Assembly (NCBI GenBank): GCA_963786955.1
Contig: CAWBAT010000005.1
Span: 1,408,001-1,472,000, forward strand
Direction: 5' to 3'
Length of the DNA: 64,000 bases
Origin: an uncultured Acidimicrobiia bacterium
GTDB taxonomy: Bacteria > Acidobacteriota > Terriglobia > Versatilivoradales > Versatilivoraceae
Shown: positions 42,070-50,709 of the stretch, piece by piece
Position numbering within the stretch: position 1 is the stretch's first letter
Layout: every line of letters begins with the position of its first letter
Position numbers and translations under genes: made by a program
Notes under the pieces: generated by a model
What the model was told of the DNA's origin: nothing
What the model saw: the letters and a program-made list of their open reading frames with translations, nothing else
The model's database searches: none

Positions 42070-43731
42070 TCAAAAAACGAAGGCGAACTGACTCTGGAAG
42101 CGGTAACTCGTTGCGGTCCCTCTCTGAACGGGAACATAAAATAGTTGGCTGGGGCTGTTCCCACGCCGTTCATCGGTAATAAAGACCAGGTTTTGCCACT
42201 GGAGAAATTTCGCTAAACCAATGTCAAAACGGAAGGCATGAGTCGCAATATTGACCCCGGAGTTCGTTCCGAAGTCGTCGTCCGTAAACTGGGAAACCAT
42301 TGAGTTACCGTCCTTGATGCCATACTGGTAAAGCACCCGCCAGTCACCGAATTTCTTGACGGCGCCGAAGTTCACCGCGCCCAACACAGCATCCTGCAAA
42401 AAACCCGCCCCAAAATTACGCGACATCTGAACATTGAACCAGAAGGGCATTTCCCGATCGCCCACTTTCACCGCCTTGTGCTCTAGCCGATAGGAGACTC
42501 GCATAATGTGAAAATCTGGGGCTGTATATATCGCGCCACCGGGGGTGGTGGTCGCATTACCAGTGCCAGTGACCTGCGCCGAGAGCACCAATCCGAGTGC
42601 CGGGTTTATCAGAACCGGGAAGCCAGCAGGTGTGGAGGCCAGCTGAATCTCATTGGGATTGCGGAACATCTCAGCATTTGCGACAATTGTGTGTTTCCAG
42701 GTACCCGTCGTATTTAGATTGAGCACAATTCCTTGGTCAAACATATTGGCATCACGAACCTTCTGGCCGACCTGATAGCCTGCGCCAACGTAAGGAGAGC
42801 CAGTAGCTACGATGCCTACATTGGGATTGCTCAAAATATATTGAGCGGCCCGAAACTCCACCGAGTTGTTCTCATTAATAGGCAACTTGGCAATCTGCTG
42901 AAAGCCGTTAAACCGAACGTCGTCATCCCAGATGAATCTATAATTATCTGCAAAGACCTCCTCCATCCGGCCTCCGCGAACAGAGAATTTCTTGTTCGGA
43001 TGAAAGTCCGCCCACCCTTCTGAAATGAAGATTGGTGCTCTGACAACTGTTGCCGCAAAATCCTGGTCAAAGGTCAGTCCATTGTTTATCGGACCGCTGC
43101 CAATCTGGAGATGGAAACTAAAGCGAGGATCTAGATCTTTGTCCACATTCAAGCGCAATCGGTAACGTTCGCGGACGTTTTGAACTGGCCCCGAAACTGC
43201 ATTTCCGGAGCGGAGTATTCCATCCGTCCGAAGGCGAAAGTCGCCGCTAAACTTGAATCCCATGACCGAAAGTGCCATGGGTACGGGTTTTTCTTCCGCT
43301 TTTTTGTCATCTTTTTTTGCGACCACATTACTTTGTGCTGCCGCCCCGCCGGTGCCAGTAGCTTGTGGAGGGGTTGCGGATAGGGAGGCAACTTCAACGG
43401 TCGAACCTGCGTTTGGGGAAGCGGCAGCATCGGCCTTCCGTTCGAGAGCCAGTTTGTCGATGAGGGCCTGCTGCTGGGCTAGTTTTCCCTTGAGTTCCTC
43501 GATGGCTTGATGCTGCTGGAGAATCAAGTTTTGCAGATCGGTGATATCCCCTCGTGAAACCGTTGAATCCGATCGACTCCCTGCAGGGACGTCAACCTTT
43601 GTAGCGTTTGCAGGCTCTGGTTCCGCCGCTTGGTACCGATTCAAGCAGACAAACGACAGAAACGCTATAAGCGTAAGCTTCGGCAGGATCCTTCGCAGAG
43701 AGGTAGTCTGTAGTGGGTTGCTGATGGCCAT
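42070..43731 (-). CDS. Putative outer-membrane porin
   Basis: Signal region, coiled coil, FSGDFRLR, RERYRLRL, amphipathic strands, C-terminal Phe; RBS aaggag before ATG 43731. Confidence 0.8.
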   Translation of the reverse strand: MAISNPLQTTSLRRILPKLTLIAFLSFVCLNRYQAAEPEPANATKVDVPAGSRSDSTVSRGDITDLQNLILQQHQAIEELKGKLAQQQALIDKLALERKADAAASPNAGSTVEVASLSATPPQATGTGGAAAQSNVVAKKDDKKAEEKPVPMALSVMGFKFSGDFRLRTDGILRSGNAVSGPVQNVRERYRLRLNVDKDLDPRFSFHLQIGSGPINNGLTFDQDFAATVVRAPIFISEGWADFHPNKKFSVRGGRMEEVFADNYRFIWDDDVRFNGFQQIAKLPINENNSVEFRAAQYILSNPNVGIVATGSPYVGAGYQVGQKVRDANMFDQGIVLNLNTTGTWKHTIVANAEMFRNPNEIQLASTPAGFPVLINPALGLVLSAQVTGTGNATTTPGGAIYTAPDFHIMRVSYRLEHKAVKVGDREMPFWFNVQMSRNFGAGFLQDAVLGAVNFGAVKKFGDWRVLYQYGIKDGNSMVSQFTDDDFGTNSGVNIATHAFRFDIGLAKFLQWQNLVFITDERRGNSPSQLFYVPVQRGTATSYRFQSQFAFVF

Positions 43732-43889
43732 GATGAGTCTCCTTATAGTTTTGTTTAAAGAATTAAATCCGAGCGCTGAAAAGCTGAGTATGCCGAGATC
43801 ATCCATACCCTTGCGTGAAGAGTCCCGGGTACTGACGAGCTTCAATTCATGTTTGCGCAAAAAAACCATGGGAAACATACAGGCACTGT

Positions 43890-43927
43890 GTAAAAAACAT
43901 GTGTCTTTCATGTAAACTCGTGATGAA
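43890..43927 (-). promoter_or_regulatory. Pho-box array upstream of the porin
   Basis: Minus strand TTCAT cacgag TTTAC atgaaa GACAC atgttt TTTAC. Confidence 0.7.
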
Positions 43928-44327
43928 CTTATTTCCCCGGGATTGAGAATGAACAGGCCCCAATAGTCGAGGTGAGATCTGAGGAAATTAGAAGCATGGG
44001 CCGTAAAATCACGGCCCCAATCTTCTTTCTACGAGAAGAATTCATGAGTTTCTATCAAAGTTCGAATGGAAGTTTTTTGCGGGGGGGTAAAGACGATCCG
44101 TCGAATGGGCAGATTCATGGTTGCGGGTCTGCTCACTTGCTCCAAGGTGATGGTGTCGCCTTTATGTAATGTATAGATTAGCTGCCCTGTTCCTTCATAC
44201 CCAGGTGGGTCAAATTCTTCGGATTTTGCAGGTCAAGCAGCTCACCAATTATGAGGAACTGCAAATTATTTGACTCAATGGCGATTGAGCTAGGCCAAAA
44301 TGGCGAGAAAGAGGTTATATTTAGTCT

Positions 44328-45053
44328 CTACGCGGTGGCTGGCATGGAAGTGTTATCCGGATTCTTATGCGAACGAAACCGATAGCCGACACCGACGACA
44401 GTCTCGATGTAATTGTCGGCTTCCTCCCCGAGTTTCTTCCGGATTCTGCGGATATGCACGTCCACAGTTCGAGTTTCTCCATAATAATTGTACCCCCACA
44501 CCGCATCGAGAATCTTGTCTCGTGTCAACACGCGCCCAGTATTCCCCACCAGGATCTTCAAAAGACTAATTTCCTTAAAGGTAAATTTCAGTTCACGACC
44601 ATGGAGTTGAGCGTGATAGTTATCAAAATCGATAGACAATTTCTGATCGCTGTAGGCTTCCACTCGGTCTGACTGAACTTCCACCCGGCGCAAAGCTGCC
44701 CTGATTCGCGCCAATAATTCGCGCATCGCGAAAGGCTTCGTGATGTAGTCATCGGCTCCCAACTCCAATCCGAGGACCTTATCGGACTCGCTGGCGAGGG
44801 CTGTAAGCATGATAATGGGTGTCTCTTTGGTCTCTCCGTTTTGGCGCAAGGCTCTACAGACTTCGGTACCGGTCATACCGGGAAGAATCAAATCGAGAAT
44901 GATCAAATGAGGCCGCGCTTCCATAGCCAATTTAAGCCCTTCATCTCCGGTAGCAGAGGTGAGGACCGAAACGCCTCGTTCTTTCTCGAGGTTGTATTTC
45001 AAGATGTCCCGGATGTCTTTGTCGTCTTCAACAATTAAGATTCTTTTATTCAT
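44328..45053 (-). CDS. phoB: OmpR/PhoB-family response regulator, probably PhoB/PhoP
   Basis: VEDD, LDLILP, GADDYITKPF, RTVDVHIRRIR, TVVGVGY; located directly upstream of the pst cluster. Confidence 0.8.
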   Translation of the reverse strand: MNKRILIVEDDKDIRDILKYNLEKERGVSVLTSATGDEGLKLAMEARPHLIILDLILPGMTGTEVCRALRQNGETKETPIIMLTALASESDKVLGLELGADDYITKPFAMRELLARIRAALRRVEVQSDRVEAYSDQKLSIDFDNYHAQLHGRELKFTFKEISLLKILVGNTGRVLTRDKILDAVWGYNYYGETRTVDVHIRRIRKKLGEEADNYIETVVGVGYRFRSHKNPDNTSMPATA

Positions 45054-45250
45054 TTTTGTCTATTCTCTTCTCTACAGAGCTGAACTCGTTTTCATTTTTC
45101 GAGACTCAATGGATCCAGTTTGCATAGACAGTCAGGGCAATAGTCAGTAACATGCTTCAAATCGTCATCGATTCTGTCATCAACGGGACCCAACCGAGGT
45201 CAAGGCCCATGATTCCAGTTTACCAGCGAGCAAAAGACTATGACTTTATT

Positions 45251-45288
45251 GTTACAGGAGTATTACAAAAAGATGAATCTTTGATGAA
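45251..45288 (-). promoter_or_regulatory. Pho-box array upstream of phoB (putative autoregulation)
   Basis: Minus strand TTCAT caaaga TTCAT cttttt GTAAT actcct GTAAC. Confidence 0.75.
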
Positions 45289-45691
45289 ATTTGGAACGGC
45301 ACGCATCCCAGTGAACATGTAAAACGATTTCAACAGGGCGGAATTCATGTTTATCAAGGCCGAGCACTTGCTGCGCTTTGAAGCTCTTCGATCAACTTGC
45401 TAACGAAGGAGCGGATGAGATCCCGTGTTTCACGAAATTTCCCAAGGACCGTTTGCTCTGATCGATGGTCGGTGTCAGCACCTAGCACTGCAAATCCGAC
45501 TGATAATTGCATTCAGCGACGGTCAGGAGTATGTTATCGAGTGCGATTGCAGAATGGAAATTCGGGTTGGTCTGAATCAGTTCACCTGAGGAGAAAGCCA
45601 ACGGACCATTTTGGAGCGTAAATCATCCGCCGCACAGACTTCCGTCCTGAAGTTCGATCACAAATCTCTGGGCCTAAGGGAGAAAGTCTTT

Positions 45692-47224
45692 ATGTGTCGT
45701 CTTACCAGCGCTGTCCATTCATTTTTCGTGCTCGTTCTATTCTGCGGGGCCTCCAGTATTTGGGCAGGAGATCAACGCGTTAAAGTTGAGGTCCACTGGG
45801 ATCGAGTGACCCGCGTTTTGCAGACAACGCCGACGCTCTTACTCGGTGCAGCTCCCGATATATCGCGCAGCGCCCCGCTCCACGACCGCATCTTTCAGAC
45901 TATCAGGGATCTCGGGGCCGACGATCTGCGGTACGCAACGGGTGGCCCCTACCCCCACTTCGGCGTCGTGGAGCGAGAGCCGCCAACTGCCACTACGACA
46001 TCATGGGACTTCTCTACGATCGATCCTGTGACCGAGGACGTTGTAAACGCGACGCAAGGGCATACATTGGTGATGAACTTCACCAACATCCCGCAATGGA
46101 TGTTTAAGACTTCTGAGCCGATCCCCTACCCGTCGGACCCTACCAAACGATTCTGGCAATATACCAAGGGCACCGAGCTCCGCGATCCCACCTATCAGGA
46201 AGTTGCCGACTATTTTGCCCGTGTTGTCAGCTGGCACGTGAACGGCGGCTTCAAAGACGAGCTCGGAAAATGGCACGAATCGGGGCACCACTATAAGATT
46301 GACTACTGGGAAGTGCTGAACGAACCGGACCTCGAGCACGGGTTCACCGCTCAGACCTACACGAAACTTTACGACGTCGTGACGGAGGCGATCCATAAGG
46401 TTTCACCGCAAACAAAATTTATCGGAATCTCAGACTCCTACCCCGCCGGACATCCGGAATTCTTTGCCTACTTCCTGGATCCCAAGAATCACAAGCCTGG
46501 GACGCCGCTCGACATGATCTCCTACCACTTCTATGCCGTGCCGAGCTCAGACGAACCTCCGGAAGCTCAGCAGTTCACGTTCTTCAACCAGGCCGACAGG
46601 TTCCTGGAGATCACTGGCTATATCGACGCCATTCGGCGGATGCTTTCGCCCAAGACCGGGACCATGGTGAATGAGATCGGCACGATGCTACCGGACGACT
46701 GGACACAGACGACTCCGGATTATGTATTCAAACCTATCAGGCCGTCCTACTGGAATCTGTCTGCGGCGACTTATGCCTACGTCTATGCGGGGCTAGCGCG
46801 GCTGGGAATTGATGCGGCCGGCGAATCGGGAATACCGGCCTCTCCAGGCATGTGGGCGAGCATCGCCATGCTGGATTGGAAAACCGCTCAACCCAACGCT
46901 CGGTTCTGGGCTCTGAAATTGATTCGCGACAACTTCCGGCCCAACGCCAGGATTGTGGAGACGTCCAGCGACCCGGGATACGTGATGGCACAGGCATACG
47001 TAACTTCTGGTGGAGAACGAAAGATCCTGCTGGTCAACAAACGCGATCGGGAATTCGAGATTGCCCTGCCCGAGGCCTCCAGCGGAGCAAAGATCGAATG
47101 GATCGACCTCGCGACAGGGTCGAACCCGCCCTCATCGCAATCGATTGCCGGTTCGACATTCAAGCTGGGAGGATTCGGAGTTGCAGTCGTGACGCTCACG
47201 GTTGGACAACAAGCAACTGCTTGA
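45692..47224 (+). CDS. Exported clan GH-A glycoside hydrolase (GH39-like)
   Basis: Signal peptide; WEVLNEPD (acid/base), ISYHFY, VNEIG (nucleophile). Confidence 0.8.
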   Translation: MCRLTSAVHSFFVLVLFCGASSIWAGDQRVKVEVHWDRVTRVLQTTPTLLLGAAPDISRSAPLHDRIFQTIRDLGADDLRYATGGPYPHFGVVEREPPTATTTSWDFSTIDPVTEDVVNATQGHTLVMNFTNIPQWMFKTSEPIPYPSDPTKRFWQYTKGTELRDPTYQEVADYFARVVSWHVNGGFKDELGKWHESGHHYKIDYWEVLNEPDLEHGFTAQTYTKLYDVVTEAIHKVSPQTKFIGISDSYPAGHPEFFAYFLDPKNHKPGTPLDMISYHFYAVPSSDEPPEAQQFTFFNQADRFLEITGYIDAIRRMLSPKTGTMVNEIGTMLPDDWTQTTPDYVFKPIRPSYWNLSAATYAYVYAGLARLGIDAAGESGIPASPGMWASIAMLDWKTAQPNARFWALKLIRDNFRPNARIVETSSDPGYVMAQAYVTSGGERKILLVNKRDREFEIALPEASSGAKIEWIDLATGSNPPSSQSIAGSTFKLGGFGVAVVTLTVGQQATA

Positions 47225-47875
47225 TTTAAGCTCAGCCGAGACAAACGGTTTATCGAGAAACTGCGTGACATTGTGGGCTTGTACCTGAATCCTCCCGATA
47301 AGTCGCTGGTGCTGTGCGTCGACGAGAAATCGCAGATTCAAGCCCTGGATCGAACTCAGCCGGGGTTGCCTTTGAAGAAGGGGCGTTGTGGCACCCTGAC
47401 TCACGATTACAAACGCCACGGCACCACGACGCTGTATGCCGCCCTGAGCCTGCTGGACGGCCGCGTGATCGGCGATTGTATGCCGAGGCATCGCCACCAG
47501 GAGTTCATTCGGTTTTTGAAGCGGATCGACTGCCAGACTCCCGATGAGCTGAACCTGCATCTGATCGTCGACAATTACGGAACACACAAACATCCCCGCG
47601 TAGTGTCCTGGCTTCGACGCCACCCCAGGTTTCATTTGCACTTTACTCCGACCTCGAGCTCTTGGCTGAATCTGGTAGAACGCTGGTTTCGCAATCTCAC
47701 GGAGAAACGCATTCGCCGCGGTTCTTTTGCCAGTGTTCCTGATTTGGTAGCCGTCATCGAAGACTACTTGCGGAAGCATAACGAAAAACCTCAGGTTTTC
47801 GTTTGGACAGCAACAGCTGACCAAATACTGGCCAAAGTCATCAAATGTAAAGAAGCGTTAGACGCACTACACTAG
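47225..47875 (+). mobile_element. IS630-family transposase remnant (5' truncated) with intact right end
   Basis: FKLSRD…[43 protein letters not shown]; ends …gcactacactag. Confidence 0.92.
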
Positions 47876-48131
47876 GTAACTGAACAAACCTATTTGCAAT
47901 TACGACACTCGAAACCTAATTTGCTAGAATTCTTCATATTTTCGACTCGTAGCGATCGGGACCTGATTCGACGATTCGTTGAAAGTAATCCCGCCTTTAG
48001 ACGGAGACAATTTCTGTGAGTGAAGAACTTAGAGCATCCGAATTGATATGTTTTGGACTTAGAAAGTGGGGAAGAAGTCTGAACAGTAGGGAGTTCCGGG
48101 AAGGGGATTGCTTGGATCTAAGACATCTCCT

Positions 48132-48437
48132 TCATACGCAGACCAATATTTCTCCAGCTTCAATCTTCGTCTCGTAACAGGTAACTTTAGCCGCTGGATT
48201 CAGAGTTGATGTTCCAGTCGTCACATCGTAAGTCCATCGATGCCAGGGGCAGGTCACAATCTTCCCTTGCAGTTCGCCTTCGCCAAGAGGTCCGCCACGG
48301 TGGACGCAAGTACCATCGATTGCATAGAATGAGCCATCAACGTTGAAAAGAGCAATGCCTTTGCCGTTAACCTCAACCGTTTTTCCGCTTCCGGAAGCAA
48401 TATCAGCGACGTTTGCCACTGAGACAAATTCTGCCAT
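48132..48437 (-). CDS. Rieske [2Fe-2S] ferredoxin
   Basis: CVH…CPWH. Confidence 0.92.
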   Translation of the reverse strand: MAEFVSVANVADIASGSGKTVEVNGKGIALFNVDGSFYAIDGTCVHRGGPLGEGELQGKIVTCPWHRWTYDVTTGTSTLNPAAKVTCYETKIEAGEILVCV

Positions 48438-48554
48438 ATAAAATTAAACCTCCGTATGCTTTTATGGATTGGTCCAACCCAATAACTCGTTTAGCGTAAC
48501 CTAAGCCATACAAATGTCAAATGGTTCTATGAGGAGTCTCCAGCAACGTAAGCT

Positions 48555-49715
48555 ATGATAATGAGTCCATGTTTATTTTACACAGCCTTGTTTTCTCTGC
48601 TGATCCTAATCGTCATCACCATCGAGTTGATCAAAGGTGTGAGGGCATTGGGATTTCTGGAGGACGTGCCACCGAATGACTCACCCACTCCTCCGCTGGT
48701 GTCGGTTGTTATTCCCGCCCGAAATGAAAAAAGGCACCTTGAAATGGCGCTGCAATCGATGTTGAGTCAGAAATATCCTCAGTTCGAGGTTGTTGTCATT
48801 GATGACCGCTCGACAGATGCGACGGGAGAAATCTTGGATCGCATGGCCGTTCACAACTCTTTGTTAAAAGTGTTCCATATCCGGGAATTACCTCAGGGGT
48901 GGCTGGGAAAAAACTACGCATTGTCCTATGGCGCGAGCAAGGCCCGGGGGGAACTGCTCCTTTTTACTGATGCTGATGTGATCATGGAACCGACAACCCT
49001 GAGCCGGGCCGTCAACTATCTGATTCAGGAACGGTTTGATCACTTGACCCTGTCGCCTACGCTCTCCATGCCCAGTTTAATTCTCAGAATCTTTGTGACA
49101 GGGTTTTATTTTTTCTTCAGCCTCTATGCCAGGCCATGGAAAGCGCGAGATCCGAAAAGCCACGCCCATATCGGGATTGGCGCCTTTAATCTCATCAGAC
49201 AACAGGTCTACCAAGCCATCGGGACACATCAGGTGATTGCGATGCGTCCGGACGATGATATGAAACTAGGAAAGATTGTAAAAAAGAATGGATTCTCCCA
49301 GGGGTTCCTATTTGGAAACCGTTTTATTTCCGTGGAATGGTACGCTTCGGTGCGGGAACTGGTTCACGGGATGATGAAGAACTCTTTTGCGGGTGTGGGA
49401 TATCGAATATCAATGGTTGTTGCGGCGACCCTTGGTCAATTCATGCTTTTTATCTGGCCATTTCTAGCAGTCTTTTTGGCAGATGGTCTAACTCGCTGGG
49501 TTTACATGGTCATCGTTCTGATCCTCTTACTAATCATGGGCTACGGCGCTCACCTTTGCCACGGCAGTCCTTGGTTGGGGCTAGGACTTCCTTTGGCCAG
49601 CGCTCTACTTCTTTACATTTTCTGGAAATCCATGATCCAGACGTTGTGGCGCCAGGGGATTTTTTGGCGGGAGACCTTTTACCCTCTTCGATTACTCAAA
49701 GCCAATAAAGTCTGA
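48555..49715 (+). CDS. Membrane GT2 glycosyltransferase
   Basis: IPARNE, DDRSTD, GWLGK, FTDAD, RPDDD. Confidence 0.9.
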   Translation: MIMSPCLFYTALFSLLILIVITIELIKGVRALGFLEDVPPNDSPTPPLVSVVIPARNEKRHLEMALQSMLSQKYPQFEVVVIDDRSTDATGEILDRMAVHNSLLKVFHIRELPQGWLGKNYALSYGASKARGELLLFTDADVIMEPTTLSRAVNYLIQERFDHLTLSPTLSMPSLILRIFVTGFYFFFSLYARPWKARDPKSHAHIGIGAFNLIRQQVYQAIGTHQVIAMRPDDDMKLGKIVKKNGFSQGFLFGNRFISVEWYASVRELVHGMMKNSFAGVGYRISMVVAATLGQFMLFIWPFLAVFLADGLTRWVYMVIVLILLLIMGYGAHLCHGSPWLGLGLPLASALLLYIFWKSMIQTLWRQGIFWRETFYPLRLLKANKV

Positions 49716-49720
49716 GATCT

Positions 49721-50527
49721 TTAGCAAGCCACCGTATTAGGGCTCACCTGTTCCTTGATAAAGGAGATGGAAAGAAGATTGAAGAGATCAGGACGATCCA
49801 CATTACAGACATGACCGGAGTTTCCGATGATCTTCAAAATACAGTGTCTATGTTTGCGAATAATCTGCTTGAGCGGGGGGAGAAACATATAGTCTTCCTC
49901 GCCCATCAAATAAAGGGTTGGAATGGGAATTTCTTTTTCTTCGAAATAATCCAAGAGAGGGTTGACTTCGTAGGTTAGCCGAAACCAGCGGATGAATTCC
50001 TTCTGGCAGAGTTTCCTGGCCTCATGGATAAAAAGATACCTGGATTTCTGGTGTCTCTTCTTGGGCATGATAATCCAGGCAAACAAGCTGTAGAGCCAAA
50101 GATATGGAATGATTCTTTTGAAGGTATTTCCTAGCATCACGAGGATCTTGGATCGCACATTCAGCCGAGTAATGGCTCCACCGAGAATCATGGATCGAAT
50201 CCGCAAAGGCGCGATTTCGCCGATCGCACGGATGATAATCGTCCCCAGAGAGATACCGACGAAATGGGCTGTTCGGATGCGTAGGTGATCCAATACCTCC
50301 AGGATTTCCCAGCCGATGTCTTCGAATGTGTACCGGCCTAGAGACTTGACGCCTTCAGCTAAGTTCCTGGATTTTCCATGGCCCCGCAAATCGATCATGA
50401 GGACGTTAAAATGCTTCCTGAATTCACGGAGTTGCTTAAACCAGATGGAGGAACTCCCCCCCGCGCCGTGAACGAAGACCACCCAGTCATTCTGAGGACT
50501 TTTTTCGTATTTCCAGTAGTGCAACAT
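49721..50527 (-). CDS. Alpha/beta hydrolase
   Basis: VHGAGG, DLRGHG, GISLG, GHVCN. Confidence 0.9.
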   Translation of the reverse strand: MLHYWKYEKSPQNDWVVFVHGAGGSSSIWFKQLREFRKHFNVLMIDLRGHGKSRNLAEGVKSLGRYTFEDIGWEILEVLDHLRIRTAHFVGISLGTIIIRAIGEIAPLRIRSMILGGAITRLNVRSKILVMLGNTFKRIIPYLWLYSLFAWIIMPKKRHQKSRYLFIHEARKLCQKEFIRWFRLTYEVNPLLDYFEEKEIPIPTLYLMGEEDYMFLPPLKQIIRKHRHCILKIIGNSGHVCNVDRPDLFNLLSISFIKEQVSPNTVAC

Positions 50528-50709
50528 AATCTTTCAGGAACCTTGGATTAACCCAATTGATTTCAGCGCGCGATCAGGCCAGTGGTATCTTACCCTCAAT
50601 CGAGAGGCTCTAAAACGGAAACATCACCAACTCTATTTAACGATCAAAAAGCCTTGGACCCTTAAAGCTTTCTTGCTGTAATCCCTATTGGACCAGAATG
50701 GAGGATTGA

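Noticed and set aside
43732-43911. Longest-ORF N-terminal extensions (porin; also 8627..11014, 36195, 39891, 62017)
   Set aside because: Downstream starts have better RBS or domain boundaries, and several extensions run through Pho arrays, a REP or the upstream gene
45164-45180. E. coli-style GTCAT…CTGTCAT repeat
   Set aside because: Spacing is 12 rather than 11 bp and it is on the strand opposite phoB
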